This document shows positions 54,534 through 64,000 of a stretch of 64,000 nt of DNA, piece after piece. Below the pieces are notes generated by a model. The model made no database searches, was not told the DNA's origin, and worked only from the letters and a program-made list of their open reading frames with translations. This DNA comes from Perna viridis (taxonomy: Eukaryota). The stretch is taken from contig CM074521.1 of assembly GCA_037379345.1 (NCBI GenBank), positions 19,492,704-19,556,703 of the forward strand. Direction: 5' to 3'. Position 1 is the first letter of the stretch; each line of letters opens with the position of its first letter. The translations under genes were made by a program, and so were the position numbers.

Positions 54534-57459
54534 GTATTGCTATGTTTTCTTGTTGGTTTGTTTGTTTGTTATCTTTATTTTTAATGTGGGTATGTGTTTA
54601 CTATAAACAGTAAATAATATGGGAAGGGAGGGCTTCATTCTGTTATGAAAGTGAATTCATTAGCCAATATTTGGAGGGTTTTAAGTTTTAAAATTTGAAG
54701 TTTTGTTTGTTTAGGAGCTGTTGAAATCTGAACCTTAGTTAGGGGCTAGTTTTTTTTCTGGTACTAGTTCAGTCTTCATAGATGACTGTCAGTTTACATG
54801 ATTACAGGTCCACCACCTAATTATAAAAACTGATGCCACTGCTAGGTTAACAGATTGTATTTGGTATATTGCATCTTTGTTGATTAAAAATCATGACTTG
54901 TCTGGCAAACTCAAAACACATTCCAATAGCCCAGCTACATGTTAAGTGCTGTCAAAAGCCACATGTGCTAGATTGCCAACATTTGAAAGATCAAAGGAAA
55001 TTTGCCAAAATTTCACTTCAGTTTGCATGGGTAGCTCACTCATGTTGTATTAGAGTTTAGATAGACTGATGTTATCCTGGAAATGGTTTGTTTTGTATCA
55101 CAGTATTCTACTTAATAGTTCTTGCTATTTTACTACCCTTTTTCTGCCCTCTTTTAATCCACATCTGTGAAACAGTTCACATGCATATTTTGGTTTTTTT
55201 TTACAACCTTAAATCTTTCTAACAATACAAAGTGAATGAGTGGATTTAGTTACAACAGTGTATTGCTAATATTTATGTAAAATTATATCTGTCAGTTTTT
55301 TTTTGTTTTTTTTTTTGTAATTTGGTTATTTTTAAAGCATGGAGAGCATATATACATATTTACTGAAAGTCACAATATATATTACAAACTATTAAGAACA
55401 GTGTTCGTACAAGAAATTAAAGTACACACACCATGTATTTGTTTTAATGGACACCAATAACAAGGGTTTGCAAGGGTACCCATTTTTTTGCAATAATAGT
55501 TTTGTTGTGCTGGGCTGGCTTACATCTGTCAGTTTTTTTAAGGTAGACAGTTTTTATTTTTGTTTAGCTCATCATGAAAATAGTCAAATTTTACTTCTCA
55601 CTGAGATTATGTATTTGTTTAATATATGGGATAAGGGGAATAACTCTAAATAAAATTAAGAACAAAAAAAAATAAGTATGCAAGACAAATATTGCTGACT
55701 TCATGTAAATGTTCTAACGAACTAGAAATAATCTCTGCATAATATTTATGTTCACATAGTACTAATTGATAACCAAACACACCTAATAAAAAAAAGTTGG
55801 CAACATATGTCACATTGAAAGAATATTATATCACATCTTTACATGTATGCTGGTGGGATTTCTTTACAATACATGTAGGTAAGATTATCATTTTATTTTA
55901 TCTGTACATTTACAAAGATTTGAAATAATCTCACAGAATATATTTTTTCAAGTTTAGAAATTATGTTTTCTTTCTTGATCAAACACTTGTCACATCTAGA
56001 GAAAAGGAATCCAGGAAGGGGTCAATTTGTCCATTCATACCAACAATGCATAAAACTAATAATTTTTTTCAAAAAGGGCGTTGGCGGGGGTGGGGGAGGG
56101 GGGATGGGGTCCCACCCCATATAACACCTCCTTCCCTCTTAATCCTGCACTGCAGTTGTTCATGCTAAAGTTAATATAAGTATTGTTTGTCTACGAGGCC
56201 AAAATGTGAAAATTGAATTCGGATTGAATTTGTATAGCCTTTGTCATATCATAGGGAAAATATATCATTACGATTAATGACTATGTGTAGAATTACCAAA
56301 CGACCTTTAATGTCATTGACTTGACCTTTGACCTTAGTTATGAATAATGCAGGGTTAATGATTTATGAGACCATCTTGTTTCTATTACAAGTTATTTAGA
56401 CCTGAGTTCATAACAGTTTGTTTGGTGTGATTATAATGAAAATCTTATTTCTTTGTGAATCAATCTGTTTTCTATTTAGGCATCAAACTCCTAATATGTA
56501 TTTTTATTTGTAATTATCATTTTATTGCATTTTTTGTCATCTCTTTGGTTTTTTTTGGTTTAGAAAATAAAACAAATCCACCAAATGACCTTGAAAAAGT
56601 TGTCCTTGTGTTTTAATGATGCTTTCATAATTCTGATCAATATTGTTAGGATGAAAAGTGGTTTTAACTGATCACTTTCATCGTATTTTGGATATCTGTG
56701 AGCCTGGCATCAGAGTTTCTGGACAAAAATTTAATGAAAACTATTAAAGATTCCTTCAAATCCTTCCTGAACCCAAATCTTGATCAATGAGAAACAACTT
56801 AAGGATTTGAGGAAAATCTCAATTTGAGACTTCTTTTGAAAGCCCGGATCAAATCCATAAGTATAAACTACATTGTGTATGAAAACATTTGTAACTTGCA
56901 TATAATATTTATTTTTATATCTGTGCATTATCACTTTATTTGAACAAACAGATATAGCATAGGTTAAAATATGGCTTCCACATCTGTTTGTTCATAATGT
57001 ATGATTTCTTCTGTGTGTTTTGGAATAGAAATAACAGTTGATATGGTGAAACGCAACCAATGCACCAGTGTATAACCTGAATACAAAATCAAAAATACTT
57101 TCAGAGATCACCAAGTGTAAACACAAGCCTCTTAAGTTATATGCTCTGAAAAAGTAATAAATTCATGGTAACAGAATGATGATACTTCTTCAAAATAAAA
57201 CTCAAAGAAGTAAAATAATGGCACACAGATGTATTGACCATCATCTGCTGATTGTGGACAGATGTGTGTCTGTGTCAGGGTTAAACTACTTCTATAAGGC
57301 CTTAACTATCCCAATTTATTGTACATGTAAGGTCATAAATGAAGTTAAACATCAAACATGCAATGAAATTCATTCAATAATGCATCCAATTCTCTTTGTG
57401 GAATACCTCAACATACACCATAAAGACAAAATGAGATATCCGCCTAAAGAATGCTCACA

Positions 57460-57675
57460 GTTTTCTGAAAATCTGTCTAACCTAAACACTGATTAATCTG
57501 AAAACCTGTCTAAACCAAACATTTAATAATCTGAAAACCTGCCTAAAGCAGACACTTTTGAAAGTCCCTTTATATCAGTTTAAATATACTTTGAACCTTA
57601 GTAAAGTGGACACCTATCTAAATGGTACCAGTTTCAAAGTCCTGAAGGGGTTCAGTTTAGACAGATTTTACTGTA
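57460..57675 (+). mobile_element. MITE fragment with ~33-bp subterminal repeats just upstream of the 57737 exon
   Basis: tctgaaaacctgtctaaa occurs three times, and the right end is tttagacagattttactgta. Confidence 0.5.
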
Positions 57676-57736
57676 CAATAGGCTCTTATTGAAGGTAAAT
57701 ATAGTTTTATTGCATTAATGTTCTATCTCCTTGTAG

Positions 57737-58264
57737 GATCTAAGTGCATTTGCAGTGCCTTTGATGGACGGGGGCGTAAAGGAAATGACTCCCAATAATG
57801 ACCTTGCCGACGGGGAGTTTAGGCCAAGGTCAGGATCAACAGGATTGCGTGGATTATTCTCTCGTAAGAAAGATCGACAGAGAAAACACTCAGGCGACAC
57901 TGCTTCTAAAGAAACTTCGCCTAGTACTTCAAAAGTTCAGAATTTCTTAGACACTTTCAGACCTCGCTCAAAATCAGATTTGTCAGGAATTAAAAAACCA
58001 GGAAAAAAAATTACTCCACAAGTGAAAATGGAGGAATCAATGGACGAAACACAATTACGTGATGCACTGACAAATATGCAGACAGACAAACATGCAAATA
58101 CTCCAATGGGACAGATTTTAGAAAAACAGTTATTATCCCCATCAGGAACCAATCATGTGAAACAGCGCCACACCTCAGGGAATGATAGTTTTATGTCGAG
58201 ATTTAGAGCTCGATCAAATTCAGATTCTAAAGCCAAGTCTCCAAGAAAGATGCTGACCAAACAG
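57737..58264 (+). CDS. PRKAG2: Internal coding exon (phase 0-0, 176 codons) of the AMP-activated protein kinase gamma subunit, long gamma-2-like N-terminal extension
   Basis: Acceptor ttctatctccttgtag|GAT at 57736/7 and donor CAG|gtaaat at 58264/5. The frame is open and reads DLSAFAVPLMDGG...FRPRSGSTGLRGLFSRKK...SKETSP...FLDTFRPRSKSD...MLTKQ. The start matches the recalled human PRKAG2 DLSSFAMPLLDG, and SKETSP resembles human SKESSP. No CBS domain is inside the window, so identity rests on the N-terminal motifs. Confidence 0.85.
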
Positions 58265-58530
58265 GTAAATATTGATAAAGATATACAGCGTCACACCTCA
58301 GGGAATGATAGTTTTATGTCAAGATTTAGAACTCGATCAAATTCAGATTCTAAAGCCAAGTCTCCAAGAAAGATGCTGACCAAACAGGTAAATATCGATA
58401 AAGATATACAGCGTCACACCTCAGGGAATGATAGTTATATATCAAGATTTAGAGCTCGGTCAAATTCTGATTCCAAAACCAAATTTCCTGGAAAGATGAT
58501 GGCCAAACAGGTAAATATTGATGAAAATAT
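58162..58530 (+). repeat. 3 x 123-bp in-frame tandem repeat spanning the exon 3' end, splice donor and intron start
   Basis: CAG|GTAAAT recurs at 58264, 58387 and 58510. The unit translates as QRHTSGNDSFMSRFRARSNSDSKAKSPRKMLTKQVNIDKDI. Confidence 0.97.
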
Positions 58531-60025
58531 ATATATATGATAATTATTATAATGCTTAATAAATTTTATGGCTTGATTGTCATCCACCTTGAAAAAAATA
58601 AGTGAATTACATAAAAGATTTTCTAAGTATAAATGTTGATCTATTTTTCACAGAAAAATAATTTTTCATCATTTCCAGTGGTGGACCTTCCAACTTGCAA
58701 ATCATTTTGCAGTTTTTGCCTGAATATAGCTGAAATATTGCTGCTCGTGCGTTAAACCCCAACTATCAATCAATCAATCCATCAAAATCTAAAAACTAGT
58801 TCGTCTTCACCTAAGAATGTATTCAAGTATCTGTAAGTGTTTAGTTGTGGTCATGTATTGATACTGACATTTTTTGTGTAGTATAATAGAATGTCTCATG
58901 TTTTTTGTGAAAAACATTTTGTTGGTAGGGTACCAGTTTTCGTGATATGGTCAAAGTGTGAATTTAAGTTCAGGTCACAGGGGCATATCTAGAAGTTAAT
59001 GCTGAGTGAAACAAGTCAGATAAAAATTTTTGAGAAAGAATTTATGAAAATGATTTCATGCAAAAAAACCTTCTTCACATTTTAGGGACCTCAGCAGTAT
59101 GTGAAGTTTCATTGGTGTGACATTGTCCTGGATGTTTTATGGAAATAAAAAATTATCAAACTTAAGATGCTTTGACAATCTTAGAAAATTGACACCCAGA
59201 CATTAAAATTCCTTCACAGTATTAAAAATCCATTGTAATATCTGAACAATAAATTTTTAAAAAGTTACAGAAATTGGAATGATTTTTGATTTGTTGGTCA
59301 GAAGGGGGCAATAAGCACTTTCCAGCTTCCACCTGTGAATCAAGCACTTTCCAGCAGCAAATTTCATGATTCACAGGTTAGTTAAAAAGAGCTCATGAAA
59401 TTTGGTATGGAGGAAAGATACAGGATGTCCTTGTGCAGTTGAACCCTCAAGTTATGTGGGAGTTATGCCCCTTTGACTTATTTCACAAAAATGCATTACT
59501 GAAGCATCTTGCCATCACAACTACCCTTTAAGTGCTGGGAAGTGTTTAACAAAGTTTGTTTAGGTTTTGTACCAAGGTGTTCCAATCCCTTTTGCATATT
59601 AGGACATACTTTTATTTTTTTTTATTTGTCGATTTAGCTTCAAGATATTTCCTTGTCTCCTTTATTACAGCCATTGATTACTTTGATATCCGATTTCAAA
59701 ATTGAAATAACTCGGAATCGGAGTCTTTCTGTCGGCTGCATGACATAATAACTCTACTTTATTTCTATTTACTGGTATCTGTGATGCATTTTCCTTAAGG
59801 CGTTCATTTTATGATATGGAAGTCGATTTTGACTCTGTTTCCTTTGAAATCTAGTTTGGTTACAGTCTTTTTTAGTAAGTGCTATATTTCTATATTAAAC
59901 TGGTAGATTTTCTTTTGTAATCAATAGCATTCATTGCCAGTTGCATACAAAACTAATCTCAAAACAAGGTTAATGAATAAAAGAAGGTTAATTAAGGCCT
60001 GCAAACCTCAAGTCTATGATTTTAA

Positions 60026-60237
60026 GGAGGTAGACCTAGGTGAAGGCACATAACTTGTTAAATTAGGGATATGCTTGTATCATGTTCAATTTCACCAAAG
60101 CCTATCAAGCTTTCATTTGAAACAGAATGAAATCAATCCAAGTTACTTTGATGCTTACATGAGCTTGATGTAAAATGCTGAATACAAACATTCCAATGAT
60201 TTGTAAGAGTTGCGTCCCTTATCCTTAGTCTACCTCC
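60026..60237 (+). mobile_element. Kolobok-like MITE, same family as 38030
   Basis: TTAA|GGAGGTAGAC...GTCTACCTCC|TTAA, with internal sequence collinear to 38030-38239. Confidence 0.87.
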
Positions 60238-60683
60238 TTAAAATCCTTCTCCCTGTGATGAATTCGATGGAAAAAACCTGATTTTCAGATTAATTACAAC
60301 ATAACATTTTTTACCTCTGTCTCTTAGTGTCAGGCATGCTGCTGAATGTGAATATTTACCTCTGTCCAGTAAATTACTGTGAGACTTAGGAAACTTTCTC
60401 AAAATTGTATTATGATAGATAGTCTAACTCTATGCAAATTATTGCTTCTGTGAGCTAGCATATTGTTCAGAGTATGGCTTCAGAGTGTTGGTCTAGTACA
60501 AAACAATGTCCTGTGAATCGTCCTAAAATATGAAACATACTCTAATGGATGTTAAAGCATGCACACCAAACTGTTGACCCTTTATGACATTGAGGAACTC
60601 ATCAATCTATAGTACATGTATCATACAGCATTTATGGATTCTCCATAGTTTCTACCAATTTTGACTGGTTGTTATGATCTCTT

Positions 60684-60857
60684 CACAGTACATATATTAA
60701 ATTCATACAGTACATATGTAACAATCATAAAGCACATGTGTTACAACCATACAGTACATATGTCACCATCGTACAGTACATGTATTTCAGTCATATGGTA
60801 CATACGTTACAATTGCACAGTACATATGTTACAATCACACAATACATATGTTACAAG
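60684..60857. repeat. Degenerate ~22-bp tandem repeat (about 8 units)
   Basis: Unit approximately cagtacatatgttacaatcata. Confidence 0.8.
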
Positions 60858-62140
60858 GATACAAAGTGAAGGATTTTATAGATATTTTTTATTCTTAACC
60901 TTGAGTCTACTTTGGTTTGTATGTATGTCCACATGTTTTATCAGTAAGGTTACGTTTTTCATTTTTGGAACCAGGGATTTTTTTAAGCATGCATGTACAT
61001 TTACCTGTACTTTCAGCTATCAGCTGTTTATTATCAGGTAATGTGGTTTTGACACATGCAGTATGTGATTACCATTTCACTCCCTAAGTGGCCTAACCTC
61101 ACTTCTCCCTTAGATGGATTTGATCTTATACTACTTATTGTGAACAATAATATGTGCATTACACTTGTGTTAAATTTACATTGTAAAATGTCTCTTATTA
61201 ATACGATCCAATTTTTTAAAGAGAATCAGGTTTTGTTTTAGGAAAACCATTTGCAAGATGAGTTTGAGCAACTTTGCCAAACCATCCTTAACAGAGCTGG
61301 TGTTGAAAGTAATCCAAAGTTCCTCAGTCTTCAAAATATTTAAACAATGTTCATGAAGTAGAATATTTTGATATGCTAGACATTTATGATTTCTTTCCAA
61401 TAATTAACAAGGGTTTTCATAATTTCTTTGCAAATTATACTGTCTGAATTTTTGTGTTTATAAGCACAAAGTGAGCAGTTTTAACAGTGATACAGCACCC
61501 TTCATACCTAACAAAATTGACAATTTATATATATTTTGCAAAATTCAAGAAATGTTTGCTAAAAGAATTTTTTTGTGTGATACACCATAGATCATTCTGT
61601 GCCCTTCAACATTTAACATCACATCTATATGAGAGCTATCAAAATAGTAATTACTGTTGACTAAATGTACCAATATGACGACATTTTAAGCTTGAGTTAT
61701 GTAAAATTTAACAAAGATGGAGTTCTGTTAATTTTTGTATTTCATAAGCATATGCCTGCCTTTAATGTGTTACTATTCTCTGTAAGATATAGACAGTGGA
61801 TGAATCATGGTGGAAAAAATACACAAATCTTTCCATGAAATCTTATTTGAAATGTTCTTGAAGTGCAGAAATTGCATTCATTTCTTTTTTAAGTTCCAGT
61901 AATTTGAGATATAAATTATATGAAATACATTGAAATTTCATCATCAAAGGGAGATAACTCACCCCTTTTATTCTATTGTAACTGTCAATATTCGTCTTCA
62001 ATAGGCCATAAATTATGTACCATATTGTCAGATATGTGTGGGTTTTTTTTCGGTATGATTCATTGTTTTTCAATTTTGCCTGATTCTTATGGATTCCAGT
62101 ACTTAAGATAATTTAAATTTCATTTTTCTATCTTTTATAG

Positions 62141-62177
62141 AACAGTACAGATAGTGGAACACCACCAGGAAGTCCTC
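62141..62177 (+). CDS. PRKAG2: 37-nt microexon encoding NSTDSGTPPGSP + 1 nt (phase 0 in, phase 1 out)
   Basis: Acceptor catttttctatcttttatag|AAC and donor CTC|gtaagt. It continues ...LTKQ in frame with an S/T/P-rich peptide like the rest of the extension. Confidence 0.8.
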
Positions 62178-62815
62178 GTAAGTTTATATGTTAGGGTTTA
62201 CTTTTATAACAGATATTCTCTTTCCTAATATTGAAAGTAGTAACTAACAGATACTGATCCATCCCTGGTATACTGACCATATGAGGTTTGCCCGTGGATC
62301 TCTGTTGCACTCAAATTTTCAACTTGGTGTGTGGGCAAAATAATTTGAGGGTCTGATTTGTTGAAAAATTCTACTTTTAATGAAAAATAAAACATTTGGA
62401 AAGTGGAATGAATTTACTAGTAATCTAAAGTAATGGAGGGTAATAGGGGCAGAGAGTTCTTTCAATATACACATTCTTCACCAATTAGTTTAATAATGAT
62501 ATAGGAATGATACCTTCATAGAAAACTTGTGACTTTCATATTAGTAAAATCTGAATTATTACCGAAATAATGTATTTTCCTGATCAAGTGAGATTAGGAA
62601 AAAAACAACTGTCAGCACGGTAAATAAGCTTGTGTAAACACTTCGTGAACTACTATTTGGAGGAAAACCCCTTGTTCTATAAATAGATCAAAGATGACAT
62701 CAGTAAATAAAAGGAATTGTGGGTAAATAGCTGAGGCTGACCTTGCTAACTTGTTTTGCTGTGTTGCTTTGGAGGTTATATTTTATTAATCCTGGGGGCA
62801 CTAAAATCAGTAAGG

Positions 62816-62873
62816 ATGAGGAGACGGAGAAGTTCAGGAAAGAGTATGGATGGGGAATCCAGTAGCTCTGCAG
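62816..62873 (+). CDS. Candidate alternative first exon for a shorter isoform (MRRRRSSGKSMDGESSSSA + 1 nt, phase 1)
   Basis: A purine-rich island with an ATG, a basic/Ser-rich peptide and the donor CAG|gtttgc at 62873/4. Phase 1 equals the phase of the 62177 donor. TATAAA at 62678 and TCAGT at 62700 lie upstream. Confidence 0.4.
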
Positions 62874-64000
62874 GTTTGCACAAAACATGATTGAAATTCT
62901 GAATATTTATTTCATCAAGATTTAAAATTTTCTCTTATCTTTAATCTTTAGGGAAGTAAATCTGTATAAAGTCACAAAAGAATATTTTTACCTATTATGC
63001 CATTTAATTATGTGCTTTTTCACACATATTCCACATAATGTGTCAATTTCATTATTGGAAATCAATATTTACAGGGCTGGTAAAATTAAACTCATCATTT
63101 TGCATCCATATACACATGGTTCATTGGAGGTTAATTGATATTACAGCAATTAAAGTTGTAATTTTCATGATAAGTCCATCTTTTTGGTTATGCTTTTACA
63201 TATCACAGTTTGGCTACTGATCAAGTTGACTTTTCCATATATACTATTTATTGCTCTGAATCAATAAAAGCTTTTAAAAGGAGTGACAATCCATAAAAAT
63301 TGCTGGAGGATATCGTTGGCTGTCGGAAATAGGATGATGTCCATTTTGTAAATGAGACAAGAAAATCCAAATTGGCTCAGTCTGCAATTTTGTTATTATA
63401 ATTAAGTTTTTCTCATGCTGGATAGAAACTAAGTAAAGAATTGGTTACATAATTGTACATGTATTAAATTGGCCTACATTTTCAATAGAAATTTTTCAGG
63501 TTCCAAGCTCCACTTAAAATGGAATAAATAGTGCAAATCTAGTATATTTATGCCAAGCTGTTTAAGGCAGGAAATTGATCATGTCCCTTTAAAGAATGAT
63601 TCAAGTATTTAAAAAGTAATATTGGACTCCTTTTTTCCATTTTAAGGTGATAAATTCCTAGGATTAAGCATTTTATGGACGTGTTATACATAAATATATC
63701 ATAAATTTTGTATTGGTTGGTTCATGTACAATGTTGTTTGTTAAGGGAAGAATTAGTCATGCAATTGATTCCAAAAGCATATTCAAACTTAATCTGCCAT
63801 CAAAGGGATTTAGGAACCTATTTTATACCACTGCGGATATAGGTACAAAATATCGGCTGTTTTGGAAGTTAAGACAGAAAATATGACAGTGAGCCTGATA
63901 GTGCGAGATTGGTAATCTGTTGAGATGTTCAAATCTGACATCATCTCTTTATCGGCAACATCAAGTCCATTTGATGTAATTGCCAATATTTTTTTAGTAT

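Noticed and set aside
57755-58540. The 261-aa ORF as a standalone single-exon gene
   Set aside because: It starts at GTG inside an exon bounded by canonical splice sites, and its tail is duplicated exon/intron sequence.
14555-61040. Weaker AG|GT juxtapositions near 14564, 18124, 32099, 33520, 55878 and 61036
   Set aside because: Each has a poor pyrimidine tract, an AAG acceptor or a non-consensus donor, so none can be distinguished from background by eye.

Overview
AT-rich, CpG-poor animal genomic DNA. Its repeat families resemble those of bivalve molluscs (inference). Nearly all of the window is intronic sequence of one + strand gene that I identify as the long, PRKAG2-like isoform of the AMP-activated protein kinase gamma subunit. 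A 528-nt exon at 57737-58264 starts DLSAFAVPLMDG, against human PRKAG2 DLSSFAMPLLDG as I recall it. It is flanked by a candidate alternative first coding exon (54387-54533) behind a CpG-retaining region, a 37-nt microexon (62141-62177) and a second, weaker candidate first exon (62816-62873). The CBS domains lie outside the window. The introns hold many minisatellites, MITEs (TTAA/Kolobok-like, TA/Tc1-like, hAT-like, fold-back), a decayed RTE LINE and a dispersed repeat with a predicted RNA fold. Most ORFs in the supplied track are repeat artefacts. The main findings are: (1) two textbook recursive-splicing (ratchet) signatures, polyY-AG|GTAAGT each followed by a 43-46 nt cryptic exon, at 13555/6 and 39875/6; (2) an in-frame 123-bp triplication of the exon end together with its splice donor, which could tune the number of RxRxxS phospho-motifs by 5' splice-site choice; (3) a repeat family with a nested stem-loop fold that is also present, with a different stem sequence, in a divergent relative.
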